DNA from: Ruminococcus sp.
Lineage (GTDB): Bacteria > Bacillota > Clostridia > Oscillospirales > Ruminococcaceae
NCBI GenBank assembly: GCA_017516465.1
Contig: JAFXCR010000011.1
Span: 2,553-66,552 of the forward strand
Direction: 5' to 3'
DNA length: 64,000 nucleotides
This document shows, piece after piece, positions 20,014 to 27,758 of this stretch. The notes below the pieces were generated by a model. It saw nothing but the letters and a program-made list of their open reading frames with translations. It ran no database searches and was not told where the DNA came from. Positions within the stretch are counted from its first letter, which is position 1. Every line of letters begins with the position of its first letter. The position numbers and the translations under genes were made by a program.

Positions 20014-21420
20014 TTAATTCAGTTTATTCATTATCATTTTTGCGATTTTATATGCGTCACCGCAGCCGAGAGTGATAACAAGATCACCTTCCTCAGCGTT
20101 TTTACAGATGTAGTCACAAATTTGCTGGAAGTTATCATATTTGCGTTCATCAGTCCATTCCATGGATTCATCCTGAGGGAACCATATACATCCGGGAATT
20201 TTTTCAGCCAGATGACGTGTGAAGATTCCATAGGTGTTTTTCTCACGGCTTCCCATGATATCGGTTAGAACTGCTTGATCGGGAATCTGCAATACCCTTG
20301 CAAAATCATCAAGGAGCAGCTTAGTTCTGGAGAAGGTAAACGGTTGGAAAACAGCCCATACCTTTCTGAATCCCATTTCCATTGCGGCATTGAGAGCTGC
20401 CTCAAGCTCTGTCGGATGATGAGCGTAATCGTCAACAAAGGTGATGCCATTTTCATATCCGAGCTTTTCAAAACGGCGTTTTGCACCTCTGAATTCTTCA
20501 AGTCCCTTCTGAATGGAATTAAAGTCTATTCCGAGGAAATCAGCGGCAGCGGCGGCGGCAACAGCGTTGAGGACGTTGTGTAATCCTGCAACATGGAGCG
20601 TAATTGTTCCGAGCTTCACGCCTTTTTTCATAAGATCGAAGGTAGTAAGCAGACCATTTTCATGCCTGATATTTTCAGGGAAATAATCGCAGTAATCATC
20701 TTTTCCGTAGGTGATTATTTCCTTGCTGATACCGCTTACAGCGTCAACAGTATTTGCGTCGGAGCCGTTGATTATAAGAACCTTTGATGTTGTTTCAGCG
20801 AATTTCCGGAAGGATTTCTTTATGTTGTCAAGTGTTCCGAAGTAGTCAAGATGATCTGCGTCAATGTTGAGGATAACCGAGATATCGGGAGAAAGCTTGA
20901 GGAAATGATCCTCAAATTCGCATGATTCACAAACAAGAACATCACTTTTTCCTGCAAGACCGCTTCCGCCGATGCATGGGAGCTTTCCGCCGATATATGC
21001 AGAGAGATCAACACCGGCTGTAAAGAGAATCTGAGTTATCATAGAAGTTACTGTTGTTTTTCCGTGAGTTCCGGTAACGCAGACAGCGTTGTCATACCAT
21101 GATGTTATGATTCCGAGAAGATCAGCTCTTTCAAGTACAGGAATACCACTTTGACGAGCTGCCATAAGCTCAGGATTATCCTCCATGATAGCGGCGGTGT
21201 GGACGATAAGATCAGCATTTTCTATATTTTCAGCTCTCTGACCGATGTAAACCGGAATCCCCATTTTGCGTACAGCGTCCAGAGTTTCGGTTTCATTGTT
21301 GTCTGAGCCTGTGAGATAGTATCCCTGAGAATGAAGAATCTGTGCAAGGGGGTACATTCCTGAACCGCCTATACCTATGAAGTGAATATGTTTTTTTCCA
21401 TTTAAAATATTTTTATTCAA
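20014..21420 (-). CDS. murC: UDP-N-acetylmuramate--L-alanine ligase
   Basis: HFIGIGGSGM, GTHGKTT, DDYAHHPTE, VFQP. Confidence 0.96.
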   Translation of the reverse strand: MNKNILNGKKHIHFIGIGGSGMYPLAQILHSQGYYLTGSDNNETETLDAVRKMGIPVYIGQRAENIENADLIVHTAAIMEDNPELMAARQSGIPVLERADLLGIITSWYDNAVCVTGTHGKTTVTSMITQILFTAGVDLSAYIGGKLPCIGGSGLAGKSDVLVCESCEFEDHFLKLSPDISVILNIDADHLDYFGTLDNIKKSFRKFAETTSKVLIINGSDANTVDAVSGISKEIITYGKDDYCDYFPENIRHENGLLTTFDLMKKGVKLGTITLHVAGLHNVLNAVAAAAAADFLGIDFNSIQKGLEEFRGAKRRFEKLGYENGITFVDDYAHHPTELEAALNAAMEMGFRKVWAVFQPFTFSRTKLLLDDFARVLQIPDQAVLTDIMGSREKNTYGIFTRHLAEKIPGCIWFPQDESMEWTDERKYDNFQQICDYICKNAEEGDLVITLGCGDAYKIAKMIMNKLN

Positions 21421-21496
21421 GTTATCCCAACCTTTCTGTTTGCCGGAGGATATCTCCGCAGGATTTTATAGTATCTGTAAAGATTATAGGTGTTGC

Positions 21497-22045
21497 CTAT
21501 ATGCCAAGAATTCGTGCAGCTTTAAGAATAATAAGCTGAGTCTTACTGTCCTTTATTTCGCTGTTCATGACCATTTTTACAGCGTCGCTGAGAGGGATTT
21601 TATCTACTTCAAGGAATTCGCCTTCATCGAGACATTGTTTCTTATATTCAAGTCCCCGTGCCAGATACATATGAACTATTTCACTGTTGTAGGCAGGAGT
21701 GGGATATGTTTCGCCAAGATATACGAATTCACTGCAAACGAAACCTGTTTCCTCAAGAAGCTCACGACGTCCGCATACAGAGTGATCCTCACCGGCTTCA
21801 AGCTTGCCGGCAGGAACTTCAAGCGTTACTGTCCTGAACGGATAGCGGAACTGACGCACCATGTATATTTCATTGTTGTCTGTTACCGGAATAACGCAGA
21901 CTCCACCGTTATGGAGGAGAACATCTCTTGTTGATCTGCTTCCGTCTCTGAGTTGTACAATATCATGAGTAATTGTAAATATAGGACCTTCATAAACAGT
22001 CTGACTGTCAAGAGTTTTTTCAGTAAAATTTAGAGTTATGTCCAT
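21497..22045 (-). CDS. nudF: NUDIX hydrolase, ADP-ribose pyrophosphatase-like
   Basis: VRQFRYP and complete Nudix box GKLEAGEDHSVCGRRELLEETG; IKDSKT. Confidence 0.85.
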   Translation of the reverse strand: MDITLNFTEKTLDSQTVYEGPIFTITHDIVQLRDGSRSTRDVLLHNGGVCVIPVTDNNEIYMVRQFRYPFRTVTLEVPAGKLEAGEDHSVCGRRELLEETGFVCSEFVYLGETYPTPAYNSEIVHMYLARGLEYKKQCLDEGEFLEVDKIPLSDAVKMVMNSEIKDSKTQLIILKAARILGI

Positions 22046-22049
22046 GTAG

Positions 22050-24545
22050 TCAGTCCTTTCTGAGAAGATTTCTGCAATATTTCTGCGAAGCCTGAGGTTT
22101 TGAGTATGAATCGTAGTCATAGAAGTGAGTGTGTCCGCAGTAATTATTTTTTCTGAAGAAGATGAGGTTGATAATCAGGTATCCTGCAAGTAAGGCGATA
22201 CCGACAATTGTAATTATAATTCCTGCTGTCAGACCGGGAGTTCTGTACCGGAACACAATACTGTTCTCTCCGGCGTCTGCCCGAACTGCCATAAATCCGT
22301 AGGAAACCTTTTCAACATCAGCGGATTTTCCATTTACTTCAGCTGTCCAGCCGTCGCTGTACGGTACGCTGAAAAATACAAGCTGAGGTGTGTTAAGAGT
22401 AATTTCAGATCGGAAGCTGTGGTGATCAAAGCAGAATTCCGATGATGAATTCTGCTGTTTTTCACGGCATATTCGGATGTAATCATCTTCTGTAAGTTCC
22501 TTGCTGTAATCATATTCAGTGAGGATATCAGAGTATTTTTTTATCTGCTTATCAGAGAGAACCAGCGAATCAATGAGGAGCTTTTCACGGGCAGAATTGG
22601 ATTTTTTTTCTGCATCCTTAATGGAAATATAGCTGTCATAGCCGAATCCCATAGGAATGTAGAGCGTATTCTCATATATTTCAAAGTGTTTGTTTTTACT
22701 TTTGTATTCAAAGCCCGGAAGAAGTTTTGTAATATCTGCATTTCTGTATTTGTTCTCATCGGATGAAGAACTTTCTGAGGATAATACATCAAGCTTGTTA
22801 AAAGGTTCGGCATTGCGGATATCTCTGTAATAATATTTTACGGAGAAAAGACCTCTGAGTGTATAGTGATCCGGTTCTGCACGGGATGCAACATTTCTGC
22901 TGATACCGATGTTATGGTAAAAGTCCATTATGGAAGTGTTTACCACACTCTGGAATGCCCTCATATTTGGGAGTCCCCAGAGCATTGAGTAGTTGTCGCA
23001 GTTTTCAGATATATCTATGCGAAAAAAGTTTTCTTCACTTATTTCCTCGCATACAGCATCTTTGCCCTTTATTGCGGAATCAACATAAAGCCTGGCTGAT
23101 CCGACGGTATTTGCACAGTAATAAACGGCAGTGCATACACAGAGAACTGAAGCACCTGCTGTCATCCATACTCCGAGCTTCATGAATGAGGTGCCTTTTT
23201 TGCGGAGCGTGAATAGTATTGCAGATCCGACAAGACAGCACAGAGCGACTGCGATTACAAGCCAGAAGTAGAGCGGATCATCCGGCATCCGGAAGAAGCG
23301 CGTTTTTTCGTTTTCTCCGCCGGTAGGGAGACATCCGATAACTGCAAATGCAGCGAGTACAACGGCACAGAATTTCCAGCCGAAGCGGAGATCAGATTCA
23401 GTATCATCCAGAGCTTCTGAAGTCATCATAGCGAAGATAAGTATCGGCATATAGAACCAGCGTGCATAATAGTAGGAATTGACAGCCTGAAAAAGACTGT
23501 TAAGGAAAGGAATAAACGCACAGATAATACAGAAGAATGAAAGTCTTGTTGCCCAGTGCTTTTTGCGTGTGCGGATAAAGGCGATAACTCCAACCATAGA
23601 GAAAAGGGGAAGGTATCCGCCGATAGAAGCCCATTTTTCGTATTCAGATACGAAAAGGTTCGGACTTGCCGGTGTATCCGGAGGCATAAAGAATGATTGT
23701 ATAATTCTGGGAATAAGTGTATTGTCGTTATAAAGAACCATGTCAGCTCCGTAGGCAAATTCGCTTACACGATGATTGCTGATTATAGCCATAGCCGACG
23801 GAACAAGAATAAATCCTGCGATCATTGTACCAATTACGGCTTCAAAGGCAAGACTGAAGAATTTTTTCCATGAAGTTCTGAAATCCGGAGACATCATTCT
23901 GAACAGGTAGTATATTACAAGAAATACTGCCTGACCTGCAAAGAAATAGTAATTAAGTATTGCCATAAAGGCAACGGTAACAGCGAAAACACCTTTTCTG
24001 TGGTTATTTATGTTTTCCTCCATAGCAATGAGCATAAGAGGGAAGAAAGCAGTTACATCCTGAAAGTGATTAAAGAATATATTGTAAACCTGAAATCCTG
24101 AGCATGAGTAGAGTATACCACCTATGAGTGCAGCGTTCTTTGTGCGTACAAATCGTCTGATGAAGGCATACGCTGTAAGTGAAGCAATACCATGCTTGAT
24201 TGCCAGAAGAAGCGGCATTGAAAATGTTACAAGATTTCTTGGAAGTGCGGCAGTCAGCCAGAAGAAGGGGCTTCCCCACAGATAGAAGGAGTAGGATGTC
24301 ATGAAATCAGAGCCAAGATCTGTAAGCCAGTTCCAGCCGAAGGTGCCTCCGCTGCGGACAGTATCGTTAGCCATATTGTAGAACGGTATCTGTTGAGCGT
24401 TAAAGTCACCACAATAGATAAAATATCCGTGATTTGATATCATTATTGGAAGAATTGGCAGAAGCAGACAGAGAGCTCCGAGAAGAAAAGCTGCAAGATA
24501 TTTTTCTTTTGTATTGTATTCAAGGACACAATTTTTTTTTGACAT
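22050..24545 (-). CDS. YfhO-family polytopic membrane protein (GT-C glycosyltransferase)
   Basis: GDFNAQQIPFY, YLWGSPFFW, many TM helices, C-terminal PYSDGWTAEVNG...GFMAV...FRYRTPGL. Confidence 0.88.
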   Translation of the reverse strand: MSKKNCVLEYNTKEKYLAAFLLGALCLLLPILPIMISNHGYFIYCGDFNAQQIPFYNMANDTVRSGGTFGWNWLTDLGSDFMTSYSFYLWGSPFFWLTAALPRNLVTFSMPLLLAIKHGIASLTAYAFIRRFVRTKNAALIGGILYSCSGFQVYNIFFNHFQDVTAFFPLMLIAMEENINNHRKGVFAVTVAFMAILNYYFFAGQAVFLVIYYLFRMMSPDFRTSWKKFFSLAFEAVIGTMIAGFILVPSAMAIISNHRVSEFAYGADMVLYNDNTLIPRIIQSFFMPPDTPASPNLFVSEYEKWASIGGYLPLFSMVGVIAFIRTRKKHWATRLSFFCIICAFIPFLNSLFQAVNSYYYARWFYMPILIFAMMTSEALDDTESDLRFGWKFCAVVLAAFAVIGCLPTGGENEKTRFFRMPDDPLYFWLVIAVALCCLVGSAILFTLRKKGTSFMKLGVWMTAGASVLCVCTAVYYCANTVGSARLYVDSAIKGKDAVCEEISEENFFRIDISENCDNYSMLWGLPNMRAFQSVVNTSIMDFYHNIGISRNVASRAEPDHYTLRGLFSVKYYYRDIRNAEPFNKLDVLSSESSSSDENKYRNADITKLLPGFEYKSKNKHFEIYENTLYIPMGFGYDSYISIKDAEKKSNSAREKLLIDSLVLSDKQIKKYSDILTEYDYSKELTEDDYIRICREKQQNSSSEFCFDHHSFRSEITLNTPQLVFFSVPYSDGWTAEVNGKSADVEKVSYGFMAVRADAGENSIVFRYRTPGLTAGIIITIVGIALLAGYLIINLIFFRKNNYCGHTHFYDYDSYSKPQASQKYCRNLLRKD

Positions 24546-24749
24546 TTCAGCCTCCGTAATCAAATGCTGTTCCAGTCATGTGTTTTCAGAAACTGACCGG
24601 TATATTATACTTATAAATTTACTTACATATTATAACACATTTTTTTAGGAAATAAAAGGGGTTTTCAAAAAAAATAGAATAAATTTTCCTCAATTTATTT
24701 TAATAATTCAGGGATATTTTGGTAAAAAAATAAAATATCTTTATGGATG

Positions 24750-24778
24750 TTGCATTTCTAATAGTAATGTGATATAAT
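24750..24778 (+). promoter_or_regulatory. sigma-A promoter of tRNA-Arg
   Basis: TTGCAT-17bp-TATAAT with extended TG. Confidence 0.7.
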
Positions 24779-24787
24779 TATTATATT

Positions 24788-24864
24788 GTCCCAATAGCTC
24801 AGTAGGATAGAGCGGCTGCCTCCTAAGCAGCAGGCCGGAGGTTCGACTCCTCTTTGGGACGCCA
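24788..24864 (+). tRNA. tRNA-Arg (anticodon CCT)
   Basis: 77 nt; acceptor stem gtcccaa/ttgggac, anticodon arm gctgc-ctCCTaa-gcagc, GGTTCGACTCC T-loop, encoded CCA. Confidence 0.97.
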
Positions 24865-24933
24865 AAAAGACGCTTTGGATAAGCTGGATAGTTATATATA
24901 AACTTAAAAATCAGCTTTATTTCAAAGTATATG

Positions 24934-24972
24934 AAAACACCACCGTACTAAGTTGAAGCGGTGGTGTTTTTT
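24934..24972. terminator. Bidirectional terminator between tRNA and lipoprotein gene
   Basis: aaaacaccaccg...cggtggtgtttt. Confidence 0.8.
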
Positions 24973-24993
24973 AAGGTTTATTTTAACTGAAAT

Positions 24994-26016
24994 TTATGGA
25001 TTTAATGTAATTGATTCATTTGCGAATTCATCGCTCATAAAATCATCAGCATTATATGCGTGTAATTTGAATTCGATTTCTTCTATTGTTTCAATACCAT
25101 TTTTCTCTAATGTTGTATCAGAGAATGACATGGAGCTGAATGAACATTTTCCAGCTGAAACAGTTTCGGCAAAGAAGGGATCACACATAATATTATTTAC
25201 AGATGCTTCATCAACGCTGAACATTACATCATTGTTTGTTTTATTGATTAAGAAAAGATTAACAGTATAGCCCCATAAATCATCTTCTTCATATCCTGTT
25301 GCAATAGCGGTGATATAATCGTTGTCGATTAATATATTATCAGATGCCTGTGCTTCTCTTACAAATGTTGAAGCTTTTTCTTCGCCGTAAGGATAGACAT
25401 GAACAGTTTCTTCCGCAACCGGATCAGCTAACCAGTCATCATTGTCATAGACGCGGAAGCTGAGTTCAATATCCGTATAATCGCCTATGCCATTTTCATC
25501 AAGTGTATCAGTTGTGAATGAAATTTCTTCATTGCTTTTCTTTCCCGATGCAACTTCTGATGCGAAAAAAGGATCACATTGAACGCCGTTGATTGAAGCA
25601 CTGTCAACGGAAAACATATATGTTTTATCAGAGGATTTGTTTTCAAGCGTAGTCTTGAGACTATATCCCCACAAATTATCAGGGTCAATATCAGTAATTT
25701 TTATTGTACATTCAGCATTGTCGACTGCTATAACTTCTGAAAAAGATATCTTATTGTTTTCTTTTTTGCTTGAGTTGTCTTTTTCCTTGTCCTTTTCTTC
25801 TTTTGAGTCTTCCGAAACGTTGCCATCTTCAGATGAGGTATTTGCATCTGTGCTGTCTTTTTTTTCATCATCTTTCTTTTTGTTGTCCTGAGAATCCTCA
25901 CTTTCTTCATGCGAAGCTTTGGTATCCTTGCTGCTTTTTTCCTTTGATTGTTCAGCACTGCAACCAGTAAGGGATAAAAGCATAAGAGCAAAGAGCAGGG
26001 CAGAGATTTTTTTCAT
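24994..26016 (-). CDS. Lipoprotein 1: lipobox, charged linker and two tandem homologous beta-rich domains
   Basis: MKKISALLFALMLLSLTGC lipobox, GGAGGT RBS; repeated motif LWGY...MFSVD.AS.N...CDPFFA. Confidence 0.88.
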   Translation of the reverse strand: MKKISALLFALMLLSLTGCSAEQSKEKSSKDTKASHEESEDSQDNKKKDDEKKDSTDANTSSEDGNVSEDSKEEKDKEKDNSSKKENNKISFSEVIAVDNAECTIKITDIDPDNLWGYSLKTTLENKSSDKTYMFSVDSASINGVQCDPFFASEVASGKKSNEEISFTTDTLDENGIGDYTDIELSFRVYDNDDWLADPVAEETVHVYPYGEEKASTFVREAQASDNILIDNDYITAIATGYEEDDLWGYTVNLFLINKTNNDVMFSVDEASVNNIMCDPFFAETVSAGKCSFSSMSFSDTTLEKNGIETIEEIEFKLHAYNADDFMSDEFANESITLNP

Positions 26017-26244
26017 TTTTATACCTCCTGTAAATAAAAAAGTGTGTGCAACCGAAGTTACACACACCTAAAACGTAACTCCGATTGTCGCCAAACAAAT
26101 CTTAAATACAAAAGGAATACCTAATTGCAATTCAAGTGGAATTACGTTTTTAACGTATACAAAAGAATTGCAATTATACATGGGTATACCATCCATGTAT
26201 ATCTGAATGACTTACCTCTGCATTAATATTAAGATTTGTTTGAC
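26017..26244 (-). promoter_or_regulatory. Structured ~228-nt 5' leader with terminator before the RBS (attenuator candidate), copy A
   Basis: Hairpin gtgtgtgtaac-TTCG-gttgcacacac followed by TTTTTTATTT, 4 nt before the RBS; several long-range inverted repeats. Confidence 0.65.
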
Positions 26245-26250
26245 AAATCT

Positions 26251-26279
26251 ATTATATCATATTTATAAATGAATTGCAA
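26251..26279 (-). promoter_or_regulatory. sigma-A promoter, copy A
   Basis: TTGCAA-17bp-TATAAT with extended TG. Confidence 0.7.
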
Positions 26280-26438
26280 TTATTTTATGAAAAAATCAGT
26301 TTCAGGTAAATATAATATTGATATAAAAACAGGCGTATTCAATCAAGAGATTATACACGCCTGTCGCTCATTTTTATTAATTACTTATTACTGTCTGAAA
26401 AAAGTGTATGTATGTCGCCGGTATATATGGCGGTTTTG

Positions 26439-26475
26439 TTATATCTGATTGTCTGGGGAGCTTATTGCTTCGACG
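26439..26475 (-). pseudogene. Duplicated 3' end of rmuC (VEAISSPDNQI-stop)
   Basis: Matches 27759-27795 with two substitutions, both synonymous. Confidence 0.85.
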
Positions 26476-26524
26476 ATTCTTTGATTTTATCAGCTTTATG
26501 TTTTTAAGGTGATTTTTTCGTCTG

Positions 26525-26556
26525 CAAAGCCGTCAGGCGGGCTTTGTGGGGTGTTG
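26525..26556. repeat. REP/MITE-like half element
   Basis: caaagccgtcaggcgggctttgtggggtgttg; 29/32 identical to 10325-10356. Confidence 0.6.
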
Positions 26557-26559
26557 ACT

Positions 26560-27339
26560 CTACCAGCCGTACTGCGGATCATCCGGAGGATCCGTTACAG
26601 GTACAGGCGGGATATACTCCTCCGTAGGAAGAGGTGCAGGCGGATCAGTCGCTGGCGGGATAGGAGGAAGAGTTGCAGGCGGATCAGTCGCTGGCGGCAG
26701 GGTAGGAGCCTCTGTCGGAGGAACTGTAACAACAGGAACTGCTGTGGTAGTTTCAACAGGAACGGTAGTAGTAGCCGATGTTGAAACGGGTTCAGTAGTA
26801 GCAACAGCCGAAGTTGTCTGTGAAACAGCCGAAGTTGATGGCATTTCACCGTCCTCAGGAATGTAGTATACAGTCAGCTTTTTGCCTTCCTTGTTGCTGA
26901 AAATGTCACCGGGATAGATTTTCTTGCCCTGAACCTGAAGCTCAATGATAGAATTAGGCTTTCCGTAGTAGCCGTTTGAAGCAATGAACTGGTAGTTAAA
27001 GTCAGAGATTCCGGCTTTTTCAAGACGATTCTTGTATTCAGAAACAGTGCAGTCTGCGAAATCAGGAATCTGTGCTTCTTCCTTACCCTTGCTCTTAACC
27101 TTGATAACAGTCCCCTTTGAGATCATAGTTCCTGCCTCGATGTAATTTTCTTCAGATGAGGTAGCTGAATCTGTACTGTCTTTTTCTTCATCATCTTTCT
27201 TTTTGTTGTCCTGAGAGTCCCCACTTTCTTCATGTGAAACTTTGGTATCCTTGCTGCTTTTTTCCTTTGATTGTTCAGCGCTGCAGCCAGTAAGGAATAA
27301 AAGCGTAAGAGCAAAGAGCAGGGCAGAGATTTTTTTCAT
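26560..27339 (-). CDS. Lipoprotein 2: same N-terminus as lipoprotein 1 fused to a PASTA-like domain and Thr/Pro-rich tail
   Basis: First ~63 aa nearly identical to 24994-26016; KSKGKEEAQIPDFADCTVSEYKNRLEKAGI is PASTA-like; PATDPP repeats. Confidence 0.82.
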   Translation of the reverse strand: MKKISALLFALTLLFLTGCSAEQSKEKSSKDTKVSHEESGDSQDNKKKDDEEKDSTDSATSSEENYIEAGTMISKGTVIKVKSKGKEEAQIPDFADCTVSEYKNRLEKAGISDFNYQFIASNGYYGKPNSIIELQVQGKKIYPGDIFSNKEGKKLTVYYIPEDGEMPSTSAVSQTTSAVATTEPVSTSATTTVPVETTTAVPVVTVPPTEAPTLPPATDPPATLPPIPPATDPPAPLPTEEYIPPVPVTDPPDDPQYGW

Positions 27340-27567
27340 TTTTATACCTCCTGTAAATAAAAAAGTGTGTGGAACCGAAGTTACACACACCTAAAACGTA
27401 ACTCCGATTGTCGCCAAACAAATCATAAATACAAAAGGAATACCTAATTGCAATTCAAGTGGAATTACGTTTTTAACGTATACAAAAGAATTGCAATTAT
27501 ACATGGGTATACCATCCATGTGAATCCGAATGAATACCTCTGTATTAATAATAAAGATTTGTTTGGC
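27340..27567 (-). promoter_or_regulatory. Structured 5' leader with terminator, copy B
   Basis: Only 2 differences from copy A over the ~180 nt nearest the start codon. Confidence 0.65.
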
Positions 27568-27573
27568 AAATTT

Positions 27574-27602
27574 ATTATATCATGCTTATAAATGAAATGC
27601 AA
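27574..27602 (-). promoter_or_regulatory. sigma-A promoter, copy B
   Basis: TTGCAT-17bp-TATAAT with extended TG. Confidence 0.65.
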
Positions 27603-27647
27603 GTATTTTTTCGAAAAATAAGTATCAGGTAAATATAATATTGATAT

Positions 27648-27686
27648 AAAAACAGGCGTATTCAATCAAAAAATTTCATACGCCTG
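27648..27686 (-). terminator. Terminator after rmuC (also present in copy A at about 26326-26364)
   Basis: caggcgta...tacgcctg stem plus T tract on the minus strand. Confidence 0.65.
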
Positions 27687-27758
27687 CTGTTTATTTTTAT
27701 TAATTGCTTTTTATTGTCTGAAAAATATATGTCTGCTGCCGGTATATTGTTGTTTTTA

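Larger units (their letters stand above)
25826..26475. repeat. ~650-bp direct repeat, copy A (rmuC 3' end, terminator, promoter, leader, lipoprotein 5' end)
   Basis: Aligns end to end with 27149-27795. Confidence 0.93.

Noticed and set aside
26026-26067. Extended N-termini (MCVTSV...) for the two lipoproteins as given in the ORF track
   Set aside because: GGAGGT RBS and lipobox spacing support the downstream MKKIS start; the extension overlaps the terminator hairpin
26520-26560. c-di-GMP-I riboswitch (GCAAAGCC) or IscB/HEARO left end (GTCAAC-ACCCC on the minus strand)
   Set aside because: The GGCAAAC/GAAA P2 elements are missing and no IscB or TnpB ORF follows; better explained as a short dispersed repeat or terminator hairpin
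27465-27665. 66-aa ORF as a leader peptide for the lipoprotein leader
   Set aside because: It begins upstream of the predicted promoter, has no RBS, and is not preserved in repeat copy A, where indels disrupt it
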